Position numbers and translations under genes: made by a program
In this document: positions 1 to 9,681 of the stretch, piece after piece
Layout of the letters: each line of letters opens with the position of its first letter
How positions within the stretch are numbered: position 1 is the first letter of the stretch
The notes under the pieces: model-generated
Database searches by the model: none
The model's input: the letters and a program-made list of their open reading frames with translations, nothing else
What the model was told of the DNA's origin: nothing
Assembly: GCA_019058365.1 (NCBI GenBank)
Contig: JAHPZE010000007.1
Coordinates: forward strand, 32,001-96,000
DNA: 64,000 nt
Reading direction: 5' to 3'
From: Promethearchaeota archaeon
Lineage (GTDB): Archaea > Asgardarchaeota > Lokiarchaeia > Sigyniarchaeales > SOKP01

Positions 1-1
1 A

Positions 2-355
2 TTCTATCCAAACTTAATATCTCCTCCCCCTACATTGGATATTTCAATAAAAAGATTAAGACCACCTCTTATTGGTCAATCTTTTCCTTTAGAAATTCTT
101 GTAGAAAATAAAAGTGAAGGTGATGCTCTAGATCTTAATATAGAAGTAGAATTTCCTGAGAATCTTAAAGTGATGAGAGGTACATTAAAAAAACAAATAT
201 ATTCCCTTAGATCTAATGAAAATATGAAATGGGAAATTAATCTCAAACCACTTGAAGCTGGAGATTATTCTATTAAGGTAAAAATAACTTTTAAGGATCC
301 AGATCAAAATCAAATTGGAGAAATAAAAGATTTCCCTCTTTTAATAAAATTATAA
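2..355 (+). CDS. C-terminal part of a protein with an Ig-like beta-sandwich domain (DUF11/CARDB-like); 5'-truncated by window edge
   Basis: Frame is open from position 2 (FYPNLISPPPTLDISIK...); alternating beta-strand pattern 'GQSFPLEILVENKSEGDALDLNIEVEFP...GDYSIKVKITFKD'. Confidence 0.6.
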   Translation, partial: FYPNLISPPPTLDISIKRLRPPLIGQSFPLEILVENKSEGDALDLNIEVEFPENLKVMRGTLKKQIYSLRSNENMKWEINLKPLEAGDYSIKVKITFKDPDQNQIGEIKDFPLLIKL

Positions 356-407
356 ATTCAATTTGTTTTATATATCTCTATCTTAAAATAAAAAGTGAGA
401 AAACTAG

Positions 408-1976
408 ATGAAATTAAAAGTTAAAGAAATTAATTTTGAAACCGGAAATGCGAAAGATATTGTTTTAAATATTAAGGATGCTCAAGAATTAGGACAAAAA
501 GCAGGAGAACGCGTTATAGTAAAAAATATTAGATCAAAATCTATTGAAGAAAAGTACTGGGTAGCAATAATACAAATAGATTTCCTAGGTTCTATTGTTG
601 AACCTGGAGAAATTGGAGTATTTCTTAATCTTTTAAGAGAGAAAAAAGATTTAAAAAATGAAATGATTGTCTCTGTGAGACCAGCAGATCCACCCGACTC
701 TTTTAGATTTATACAAAAAAAAATAAAAGGACAAAAACTTTCTAGCGAAGAAATAAATAATATTATATCTGATGCGGTTTCTGGATCCCTATCACGGATA
801 GATCTAGCAGCATTCATAACAGGAGTATCTATTAATGGCATGGACAACGAAGAAATGACGGCTTTAACTCTATCGGAAACTAGGAGTGGAGAAATATTTT
901 ATTTCGGAATGGATGTCTACGATAAACATAGCACAAAAATCTATATTTCGTAGGTTTTGTTAAAAGGTGGCGTCCCAGGGAATAAGGTATCTCTAATTAT
1001 CGTTCCGATTGTCGCTGCTGCCGGATTAACTATTCCAAAATCTTCAACAAGAGCCATAACATCCCCATCAGGTACAGCAGATTCAATGGAGGTCTTAGCT
1101 CCTATTGCATTTAATCCAGAAGAATTAAAAAGTATTGTATCTGAACAAAATGCATGTATAATCTGGGGTGGAGCTCTTGAAACTGCTCCAGCAGATAATA
1201 TTCTAATAGAAATTGAGCGTCCTTTACATATGGATCCCATAGGTCTTATGATACCGTCTATTCTAACAAAAAAGCTTTCATTAGGAGTTAAAAAGCTTGT
1301 TCTTGATATACCTGTAGGGGAAGGCACTAAATTTCCTACAATCGATAAAGGAAAACAGTTTGCTTATTTATTTAAAGAAATTGCTGCAAATGTTGGAATT
1401 GAAGCAGAATGTGCGCTCACCTTGGCTCATCAACCTATAGGTCATGCGGTCGGTCCTGCTTTAGAAGCTAAAGAAGCACTTACATTATTACGTGATTATT
1501 CTGCTGGACCAAACTCTTTAATAGAAAAGTCTACTGATTTAGCTGGTATTCTTCTTGAAATGAGCGGAAAGGCTCAAAAAGGTATGGGACAAAGCTTAGC
1601 GAAAGATATTTTACGCTCTGGTAAAGCTTATGAAAAAATGAAAAAAATTATCGAAGCTCAGAAGGGAGATCCAGAAATAAAACCCGAAGATATTAAGCTA
1701 GGACCATATATTAAAGAATTTTTTGCTTCTAAAGATGGATATATAGTTGATGTAAATAATTCAATAATAAATCGAATCGCAAAAACTACAGGTTGCCCCA
1801 ACTCGAAGAGTTCAGGTGTAGAGATAATTAAAAAACAAGGTGCAAAAATAAAAGAGGGAGAATTAGTATTTAGAGTCTATTCCCATAATGAATCTAAATT
1901 AAGAAAGGCAGAAAAAATTTATAATAGTACGGGAGGTCCAATTCGTCTAGGAGGAATGTTGATTGAAAGAGTATAA
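408..1976 (+). CDS. deoA: AMP phosphorylase (thymidine phosphorylase family); join(408..934,965..1976), ~512 aa after removal of a 30-nt intron
   Basis: ORFs 408-953 and 957-1976 are in the same frame. Motifs DKHST/GGVPGNK, PKSSTRAITSPSGTADSMEVL, SILTKKL, QPIGHAVGPALEAKEAL, plus the N-terminal extension typical of archaeal AMP phosphorylases. Confidence 0.92.
935..964 (+). other. Putative 30-nt bulge-helix-bulge/loop (BHB/BHL) intron in the AMP phosphorylase mRNA
   Basis: TAGC(929-932) pairs with GTTA(959-962); 3-nt bulges ACA(933-935) and AAA(963-965); intron stem AAAATCTA(936-943)/TAGGTTTT(951-958). Cutting after the 2nd nt of each bulge gives CAT AGC AC|A GGT GGC = HSTGG and removes the in-frame TAG at 951-953. 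Confidence 0.82.
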
Positions 1977-2178
1977 ACCCTCTTTTTTCATAAAATGCGA
2001 GTAGAAACTCCCTACTATTGCTTTAATAAAAAAGAAGCGAGCAAATATAGGGATTAGGAAGGGAAAAGGATAAAAAGAAAAAAAGGAATAGGTATTTAGG
2101 ATTTGGTAAATTTGCCAATTATCTTATAATCAAAATCAGATTGAATTTCAAAAATATTAAATCTTTAAAAATAGTTAT

Positions 2179-3669
2179 ATGCCTTTAACACCAAAAGCCA
2201 TTTATGATGACTTCGAGAATGGAGATTTAGATAAATCTTTTGCGGTAGAATTATTGATAACGTTAATAGATAATTCAGATAATATAGAAACCCGAATAGA
2301 AAGCATTAGGTATTTAAATAGAATCTCATTGAACGATGAGGATACTTTTAAATATCTAGAACAATTGATGATTTCTGATTTAAATGAAAATGTTAGAAAT
2401 TTGACTTGTGAAGTCCTAAAAAATCACTATTTAGAAAAAGTTCTAGCTCCAATTTCTTGGATGCTTGATCACGATCAATCATTAAAGTGTTTAATAACGG
2501 GGATTTCTGCATTATCTGAAATTAATTCAAAAGATTCTAAAGAAATTCTCATTAATAAGCTAAATAGACTATACTCTAAAGAAAACAAATATAATATAAA
2601 GGATCTCTTTAAAGAAGTAGAAATTGAGAGTTTAGGATCTCAAGATCTTGCTGAGATCTTATTAAATTATTACATAATCTCTTTTTTAAAAACTAAATAT
2701 GGGTATATAAATTTTGAATATAATAATATGGGTTATATCACAAGACTAGATTTATCTAATGTAGACCCACAAGGTATTTCTTTGCCTAATTATCTTAATT
2801 CTATATTCTCTCTTAAATTTCTAAGGTTTTTTGACTTACGATTTAATCACTTAATTAAATTACCAGAAATATCAAATGAATCAACTTCAGTCATATCTAT
2901 GGATTTAAGTTATAATAGTCTAATCAATCTTACCAAATCTATTGAAAAGATAAAATCATTAAAAACCTTAAATTTAAAATCTAATAGGTTAAGATCTCTT
3001 CCAGACACTTTAGGTAATCTAAAATTTCTTCAGATACTAAATCTAAGAAATAATATGCTGAAAAAGATTCCTAAATCAGTATCATCTCTTGAATCACTAA
3101 AAAATTTAGATTTGCATGGAAACAAATTAATTTCAATTGATTTTAAATTAAGTAGCTCAATTCGGGGACTGGAATTAGGATGGAATAATTTTGGGAAATT
3201 CCCTACTAACATTAAATATCTTACTTTTTTGGAAAAATTAGGTATGAGTGGAAATAAATTAAAGAAAATACCAAAATGGATTTCTTTATTTAATTCATTA
3301 AAAATATTAGACTTATATGATAATGATATTATGAGCTTACCCGATTCGATTGGGGACTTAAAATCTTTAAAAATATTAACATTACGAAATAATCACCTTT
3401 CTAGCTTACCAGAATCAATTATTTATTTAAAAAATCTTAAGGTACTTAATTTAAGTTGGAATAATTTTACCTCTTTACCTGATTGGATTGGAGAACTTTC
3501 ATCTTTAGAAGAATTAAATTTATGGGGAAATAAACTTGAAATACTCCCCAAATCAATCAGTTCATTATCAAATCTAAAAATGTTAGATTTAACTTTCAAT
3601 AGATTTGAACAAATTCCACCATTTTTGAAAGAATTAGAAAGAAAAAATAGACTTACTATAAAACTTTAA
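2179..3669 (+). CDS. HEAT-repeat + leucine-rich repeat protein
   Basis: ~12 LxxLxLxxNxLxxLP repeats; N-terminal helical HEAT-like region shared with 9682 and 19180. Confidence 0.9.
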   Translation: MPLTPKAIYDDFENGDLDKSFAVELLITLIDNSDNIETRIESIRYLNRISLNDEDTFKYLEQLMISDLNENVRNLTCEVLKNHYLEKVLAPISWMLDHDQSLKCLITGISALSEINSKDSKEILINKLNRLYSKENKYNIKDLFKEVEIESLGSQDLAEILLNYYIISFLKTKYGYINFEYNNMGYITRLDLSNVDPQGISLPNYLNSIFSLKFLRFFDLRFNHLIKLPEISNESTSVISMDLSYNSLINLTKSIEKIKSLKTLNLKSNRLRSLPDTLGNLKFLQILNLRNNMLKKIPKSVSSLESLKNLDLHGNKLISIDFKLSSSIRGLELGWNNFGKFPTNIKYLTFLEKLGMSGNKLKKIPKWISLFNSLKILDLYDNDIMSLPDSIGDLKSLKILTLRNNHLSSLPESIIYLKNLKVLNLSWNNFTSLPDWIGELSSLEELNLWGNKLEILPKSISSLSNLKMLDLTFNRFEQIPPFLKELERKNRLTIKL

Positions 3670-3695
3670 TTGATAATGAAAAAGAATGAAATAAA

Positions 3696-3941
3696 ATGGG
3701 AAAAAAATCTATTATCGATATAGAAATTAATGAAGAAAGATGTACTGGATGTTTAATCTGTGCATTATGGTGCTCTTATACCAATTATAAGACTTTTAAT
3801 CCTTCACGAGCAAATTTAAAAATTCAAGATAGATATGGTTTAAGACCTAAGATTATTTTCTTAGACACCTGTAAAAAGTGTGGTCAATGTGCTCAACATT
3901 GTCTTTATGGTGCGTTAAATATTATGGAGGGATCAAACTGA
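3696..3941 (+). CDS. 4Fe-4S ferredoxin-like protein (AOR partner)
   Basis: CTGCLICALWC and CKKCGQCAQHC motifs; TGA overlaps the AOR ATG. Confidence 0.85.
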   Translation: MGKKSIIDIEINEERCTGCLICALWCSYTNYKTFNPSRANLKIQDRYGLRPKIIFLDTCKKCGQCAQHCLYGALNIMEGSN

Positions 3942-5842
3942 TGGAATGGAAGGGATATACTGGTAAAATACTCAATGTTGATTTAACAGATAATAAAATT
4001 TCTGTTTCTAAAGAGTCTGACAAAGATATAAAGCAATTTATTGGTGGTTTCGGGATGAATTGTAAACTTGGTGCTGATTTAACTAAACCTAAGATTAAGC
4101 CCCTATCAAATGAAAATCCAATTATAATAGGTACAGGACCCATGGTTGGAACAATCACCCCTGGAGCATCGCGAACGGTTGGTTTTACTAAATTTCCCGC
4201 TACTGGAGCAATAGCTAACTCGTGCGGTAGTATGAGCTTTGGATTTCATCTTAAACAATCAGGTTTTGATCATATAATAATTACGGGAAAGGCTGAAAAA
4301 CCTACCTATTTATTAATTGTTAATGATGACATTGATCTTTGTAATGCTAAAAATTTATGGAATAAGGATATAGTAGAAACAACCAATACTTTATGGAAAA
4401 ATTATAGTTCTTGTGGAGTTATAGCAATAGGTCAAGCAGGCGAAAATTTAGTAAAATCATCACTAACTTTAATAGACAAAACTTCGACATTTGGACGAGG
4501 TGGTCTTGGTGCAGTAATGGGATCAAAAAATTTAAAAGCAATAGTCTCTCAAGGAACAAAAGGTATTATAATTGCATATCCAAAGGAATTTAATAAGCTC
4601 TATAATAAACTAATTGAACGGATTCGCAGTTATCCTCAAAGAAAGTCATGGATTGATTTAGGAATGCTAAGAAGCTTGCCTGTTGGAATGCTATTAAATG
4701 CGCGGGGGAATAAGAAAAAAGCACGACAATGTGGAGAGCGAGAATATCTTAAAAAGATGAAAAAACGCCGAATTGCATGTCCATCATGCCCCATGGCGGA
4801 TAAGGATATCCTTGAAATTAAAGAGGGTGAATTTAAAGGATTAATAAATTATACTTCATCTGTTATTAATCCACTTCTTACATTCATACTGGAAGGCCTG
4901 GAAAATTCTGATCAATGTATCAAAATGTTTGACATTATAAACAGATATGGATTAGATTCCCTCACTATTACAGCTCTTTTTGAATTTTTAGATAGATTAT
5001 ATAAAAAAGGAATCCTCTCTAAAGAGAATACAGGTTTTAATTGGAATAATGATTTCAAAACAATTATTAAATTGCTTGAGATGATTGTTTTTAGACGGGG
5101 ATTCGGAAACCTTTTAGCGGATGGGTGGAAGGAAATAGCTTCAAGTTTTGAGAATGTTAAAGACAAAATGCTTACAATAAAAAATCTTGATGTAATTTTT
5201 GAACCTCGATTATTACGCTTGGGAACTATGGAATTTGAGCAAATAGTAAATCCTAAGGGTGCCCATGTTGCCTCAGGTGGCTCACCAACCTATGTTGGTG
5301 CTGCTAGCTCTTTAGAAAAATTTAAAACTCATTTTAAAAGAATGGGGGTTCCAGACACGGCTATAAAAAGAGTTTTTTCACCTCCATTGAAAGCAATGGG
5401 AGTAAATGTGGGACGACTTACTCGATATTCTGAAGATTGGTATACTGTTTTAAGTTCTTTAGGGCTCTGTGCAAGAGCTCAAATGAATCGCTTTTGGAGT
5501 CTTGAATCTGCTACTACTTTTTATAATGCCGTTACTGGTATTGAACTACGTTCCGAAGATCTGAGAGAAGCGGCTGAACGTTCTTGGAACCTACTTAAAT
5601 TATTAAATGCTAAAGAAGGATTTTCCAGAAAAGAAGATAAATTTCCAGATGAATGGTTCAAATCATTAAATTATGGAGATATAGAGCTTAAATTTCAAGA
5701 TTTCTTTGGTGAAACTATAATATCTCAAGAAATTGCTGTACAATTACTTGATGATTATTATGATGAAAGAGAATGGGATAATATTACTGGAAACCCAACA
5801 AAAGCGAAAATTATGGAATTAGGTTTAGAAAAATATTTATAA
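3941..5842 (+). CDS. aor: Aldehyde:ferredoxin oxidoreductase family (W/Mo-pterin)
   Basis: MEWKGYTGKILNVDLT, GRGGLGAVMGSKNLKAI, CPSCP, GLDSLT, SLGLC, LDDYYDEREWD; start placed at the ATG coupled to the upstream stop. Confidence 0.9.
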   Translation: MEWKGYTGKILNVDLTDNKISVSKESDKDIKQFIGGFGMNCKLGADLTKPKIKPLSNENPIIIGTGPMVGTITPGASRTVGFTKFPATGAIANSCGSMSFGFHLKQSGFDHIIITGKAEKPTYLLIVNDDIDLCNAKNLWNKDIVETTNTLWKNYSSCGVIAIGQAGENLVKSSLTLIDKTSTFGRGGLGAVMGSKNLKAIVSQGTKGIIIAYPKEFNKLYNKLIERIRSYPQRKSWIDLGMLRSLPVGMLLNARGNKKKARQCGEREYLKKMKKRRIACPSCPMADKDILEIKEGEFKGLINYTSSVINPLLTFILEGLENSDQCIKMFDIINRYGLDSLTITALFEFLDRLYKKGILSKENTGFNWNNDFKTIIKLLEMIVFRRGFGNLLADGWKEIASSFENVKDKMLTIKNLDVIFEPRLLRLGTMEFEQIVNPKGAHVASGGSPTYVGAASSLEKFKTHFKRMGVPDTAIKRVFSPPLKAMGVNVGRLTRYSEDWYTVLSSLGLCARAQMNRFWSLESATTFYNAVTGIELRSEDLREAAERSWNLLKLLNAKEGFSRKEDKFPDEWFKSLNYGDIELKFQDFFGETIISQEIAVQLLDDYYDEREWDNITGNPTKAKIMELGLEKYL

Positions 5843-5846
5843 AGTA

Positions 5847-6533
5847 TTATAGAATTTCTATAGAAATATCAATGTATGAATCATCTTGAGTTTTTGAAAT
5901 ATAAATTTTTTCAACGTTACATACTACTTTTTTATTAAGATTGGCTAAATATATTCCTTCAGTAATACCACATGCAATATAAAAGAAATAAATGAAATCC
6001 TCATTATCTTTCAGATATTCAGAATTACTTAATCGAAATATGACTTTATTTAGGTTAAGCTCCTGTATTGAAATATTAAGATCATCCTGAAAAAAATCAT
6101 ATGAGTTGTAAAATTTTTCAAATAATTTTAACTGAGCAATTGAATCTTCAAATTTTCTTGCTTTCTTGAACTCTTCAATATACACATCACCAATTGGAAA
6201 TTGAAATTTCTTTAAAATTAGATGCCCAATTTCTTTAAAAACTATTTCTCTATTTGGAAATTTATTTTTTAAACTTGATAATAAAGCTTGAAGAAAGGAA
6301 TTAACTAATTTTTTACTCAAATAATCTCTTCTTTTACTAAAGTATAAATGTGCTGATCCAATTTCTTTCTTAGTCACAAAACCTTCACTTTCTAATGTTC
6401 TCAAATGAGCTGAGACAGTATTGCGATGAGCTCCCGTTTTATCAGACAAATCTGTTATTGTCAATCCAGATGGAAAATCATCTAAAGTCTCTAATATTTT
6501 GGATTTGTAATCATTTTTTTTAGTTGAATTCAT
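5847..6533 (-). CDS. Winged-HTH (ArsR-like) transcriptional regulator with C-terminal V4R-like domain
   Basis: GLTITDLSDKTGAHRNTVSAHLRTLESEG HTH; C-terminal 'YIACGITEG...CNVEKI'. Confidence 0.75.
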   Translation of the reverse strand: MNSTKKNDYKSKILETLDDFPSGLTITDLSDKTGAHRNTVSAHLRTLESEGFVTKKEIGSAHLYFSKRRDYLSKKLVNSFLQALLSSLKNKFPNREIVFKEIGHLILKKFQFPIGDVYIEEFKKARKFEDSIAQLKLFEKFYNSYDFFQDDLNISIQELNLNKVIFRLSNSEYLKDNEDFIYFFYIACGITEGIYLANLNKKVVCNVEKIYISKTQDDSYIDISIEIL

Positions 6534-6569
6534 AATAGAATTGAAATTTGGTTATATGTTCTGATCAAT

Positions 6570-6588
6570 TATTGTGTATTGCACAATA
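6570..6588. promoter_or_regulatory. Inverted repeat TATTGTG-N5-CACAATA adjoining a TATA-like box (TTTATATA 6589-6596); putative operator
   Basis: Perfect 7-bp arms in the divergent intergenic region between the HTH regulator and the radical SAM gene. Confidence 0.5.
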
Positions 6589-6659
6589 TTTATATATTGG
6601 TTTTAACCCAAATATAAATTAACACATAAACTAACAAAAAAAGTATTAAACTAGAAATA

Positions 6660-8498
6660 ATGACGGATAATCGCATTTTATTAACTACTCCAACTTATCC
6701 ATATCCAACACTTCCGGCAAATGATTCTTTAACAGATGCCACTGGACAACGTTTTACCCATGGAGACGACATCTTTACAATAATTTCTCATACCCATTGT
6801 TTTGGAAATCATATTTTGGCACAAAATATTGATAAACCCTCAACATTACTTGAATATCCTAGATGGGAGCATTTTACTAAGGAAGTAGATAAGGGATATG
6901 ATTACATTGGAATAAGTTGCTTTCCAGTGCACTTGGATAATGTATTAAAAATGTGTGATTATATTCGAAAAAATAGTCCTGAAACAAAGATTATGATTGG
7001 TTCATATGGAGCACAAGCGTTTAAAGCAAAATATGATGAAGAAACTCAAAAGAAATATGTGGATTATGCAGTAAAAGGAGAAGGTGTAAAATTCATTCGT
7101 GAATTGCTTAGTGAAGATACAAATCGTCCTATTGTACAAAAATTGATGCCAAAATGTGGAGGATCTCTTTGGTTCATAGATAAATATCCCAGAGGAACTA
7201 TTGGGTTCCTAGTATCAGGCTTAGGATGTCCAGGAGCATGTGATTTTTGCTCAACAACCGAGATGTTTGGTTATAAAAGGATACAATTACTTTCACCAGA
7301 GGAATTGGTAAAACATATGCATCTTTATCATAAATATTTTCCAGATGTAAGTCAAATATTTGTAATTGAAGAAGACCACTTTCGTCATCCTGAATATCTA
7401 ATAAAAACTAAGCAGTATTGGGAGAGTAATCCTAAAGTCGTGGAATCTCTTGATTGGTTTGCATTTGGCTCAGTAGATCATATTTGGAATTTTGCTGATA
7501 AATATGGATGGGATGCTGTAGCAGAAATTGGAATTGGTGCAATTTTTATAGGAGTAGAATCTAAATTCGCTGGAGAACATGGTTATACTAAAGTAAAAGA
7601 AGCAGATTCGCGAGAAGTCTTTAATAAACTTCATAATATGGGAATTCGTACTATTGGTGCTTGGATCTGTGGATGGGATTTTCATGATCATTCTAATATA
7701 TATGAAGATCTCAATTATTTTGTTGCATGCTATCCAACATATGAGCAATTAACCCGTTTATCTCCATTCCCTGGAACTGCATTGTATAACAAAATAAAAA
7801 AAAGTGGGCGTTTAAGGGATGTTCCATGGGAAGATGTGCATTTTTGGAGTGGTTCTCAAGAGAATGTTGCTCTAGAAATACATGAAACTCTAAATTTAAC
7901 CGAGTATGGGTATGATCTGATTTATAAAACGTGGGGACCTTCAATTCTTAGAAAGCTTGATGTTTTACTCAGAGGGTATGAATATTGCTTGAATTCTGAT
8001 AATCCAATAATGCGTGATCACAAATCTAAATTCTTTAAACAACAAGCCGCAGTATTACAGAGCATGTGTGGAGCGATGGATCGTTTTGCACCCAATGGAG
8101 TTGTAAGACGTAGAGTAAATAAAATAGATCAAAAATATCGTGAATTAATTGGCGAACCCACGGCTATCCAAAGAGTTTTATCACGTAGTATGGAAAAAAG
8201 AGCAAAAAAATTCAAGATTCAAAACTTCCTAGATCCGATAAATAGATATCCGAAACAAGAACCAGCAAAACGATATCTATATCTTAAAAATGAAAAATTA
8301 ACAGAAGGTGATATTCCTTATAAAACTGAATTGCTATCAAAACGTTCATTTGATCTAAGATGGAACAAATTTAAATTCAAACAACGCTCTATCCTTCTGA
8401 GTTTTCTATCTAAATTAAAGTCCAGTAAAAGTGACAGTGGATTAGATAAACACATTATAAAGGGTTTAAAAAAGCAGACTATCGCATCTGCATTTTAG
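6660..8498 (+). CDS. Cobalamin-binding radical SAM protein
   Basis: GCPGACDFC (CxxxCxxC); N-terminal B12-binding-like 'YDYIGIS...IMIGSYGA...VKGEG'; PFPGT motif. Confidence 0.85.
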   Translation: MTDNRILLTTPTYPYPTLPANDSLTDATGQRFTHGDDIFTIISHTHCFGNHILAQNIDKPSTLLEYPRWEHFTKEVDKGYDYIGISCFPVHLDNVLKMCDYIRKNSPETKIMIGSYGAQAFKAKYDEETQKKYVDYAVKGEGVKFIRELLSEDTNRPIVQKLMPKCGGSLWFIDKYPRGTIGFLVSGLGCPGACDFCSTTEMFGYKRIQLLSPEELVKHMHLYHKYFPDVSQIFVIEEDHFRHPEYLIKTKQYWESNPKVVESLDWFAFGSVDHIWNFADKYGWDAVAEIGIGAIFIGVESKFAGEHGYTKVKEADSREVFNKLHNMGIRTIGAWICGWDFHDHSNIYEDLNYFVACYPTYEQLTRLSPFPGTALYNKIKKSGRLRDVPWEDVHFWSGSQENVALEIHETLNLTEYGYDLIYKTWGPSILRKLDVLLRGYEYCLNSDNPIMRDHKSKFFKQQAAVLQSMCGAMDRFAPNGVVRRRVNKIDQKYRELIGEPTAIQRVLSRSMEKRAKKFKIQNFLDPINRYPKQEPAKRYLYLKNEKLTEGDIPYKTELLSKRSFDLRWNKFKFKQRSILLSFLSKLKSSKSDSGLDKHIIKGLKKQTIASAF

Positions 8499-8528
8499 AT
8501 TTTTTAGAGAATACAAACCTTTTTGGGT

Positions 8529-9620
8529 ATGCAAATGGATTCAGAACTAAAGATAACACAATCTCCAGGGAATACTCCAATTAAAAAAATACCTAAAGAT
8601 TATTTCCCTGAAGGATGCGGGTTCTGGTTTACACTATCAGACGGATTAGATAATAAAAAAAAAATATTTTTTAGGGATAGCACACATGGTAATGGAATTC
8701 CAGAAAGCATAATTGTTTTTATTCATGGTAACCCCGAAAATTCGTATACATATAGGAAAGTTATAAAAAATATTATCGATTGCGCGGAAAAGCCATTTAG
8801 GATCGTTGCAATGGATCATATTGGGTTTGGTTTATCAGATCAAGCCACTTATGAAATGGTATGCATGGATCATGCTAATAATTTATTACAACTCGTAAAA
8901 TTCTTAGATTTGAGAAATGTAACTCTTATTGTGCATGATTGGGGCGGACCTATAGGTATTGGTGCTTTCTTGAAAGATCCCAAACGAGTATCTAATCTTA
9001 TAATATTGAATAGTACTGTTTTTCCAATGCCGCAAACTGGAATAACCTATCAAAACTTTCCTGGTTCATTAGTAAATTGGGCTAGTGGACCAAAGATAAT
9101 TCCTAACAACTTATGGGGTGCTTTTGCCGCTTTTTCAATTTTTTGTAAGCCGATGAATCAAACGAAATTATTTGTAAAAATGATTTTTTCAATTGTAGCA
9201 AAAGAGTTAGGCATCTATAGGAAAAATGAGAAAATTGCTCAAAAGATTTTTAGAAAACAGTTTAAATCGAAATTAAATACACTGAGCTCAAAACGTTTAG
9301 TACGCCAAACACCTGTGTGGGGATTTGGAAACACATATATTGAACCTCAGCTTGGAAGACGAGATACTTCATCTTTTTATCACTTCATTCAGGAGAATAT
9401 AAATGATCTTTGGGGGCTTAATGGTCAAAAAATTGGTGTTAGAGCAATCTGTGGCTTTTGGGATCCTTCAGCCAAATCTGAAGTAATAGAGCAATGGATA
9501 AAAAATCTACCTCAACTTAAGGGGTATGTTAAAATATTTAAAGGTATAGGGCACTTTATTGAAGAAATTAGACCAAAAGAAATTGCTAATGAAATTATTA
9601 ATGTTGCTGGATTAGTTTAA
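8529..9620 (+). CDS. Alpha/beta hydrolase, haloalkane dehalogenase/epoxide hydrolase-like
   Basis: HGNP, DHIGFGLSD, VHDWGG (Asp nucleophile), GHFIEE. Confidence 0.85.
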   Translation: MQMDSELKITQSPGNTPIKKIPKDYFPEGCGFWFTLSDGLDNKKKIFFRDSTHGNGIPESIIVFIHGNPENSYTYRKVIKNIIDCAEKPFRIVAMDHIGFGLSDQATYEMVCMDHANNLLQLVKFLDLRNVTLIVHDWGGPIGIGAFLKDPKRVSNLIILNSTVFPMPQTGITYQNFPGSLVNWASGPKIIPNNLWGAFAAFSIFCKPMNQTKLFVKMIFSIVAKELGIYRKNEKIAQKIFRKQFKSKLNTLSSKRLVRQTPVWGFGNTYIEPQLGRRDTSSFYHFIQENINDLWGLNGQKIGVRAICGFWDPSAKSEVIEQWIKNLPQLKGYVKIFKGIGHFIEEIRPKEIANEIINVAGLV

Positions 9621-9681
9621 ATTTTTAATTAAATTTGTACATTTATATTTAGATTGTCACAGAATCATTTGTTAAAATTTC

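Noticed and set aside
951-953. Pyrrolysine or amber readthrough of the TAG in AMP phosphorylase
   Set aside because: Readthrough would leave 10 extra residues inside the DKHSTGG active-site motif; precise BHB excision explains both the stop and the insertion
408-1976. Two separate genes or a simple pseudogene
   Set aside because: Both halves are in frame with no other lesions, and the insert's structure predicts cut sites that restore the motif exactly; pseudogene status is not formally excluded without RNA data
1977-2110. Purine-rich intergenic tract as an ncRNA or small ORF
   Set aside because: No convincing fold, box motifs or start codon context
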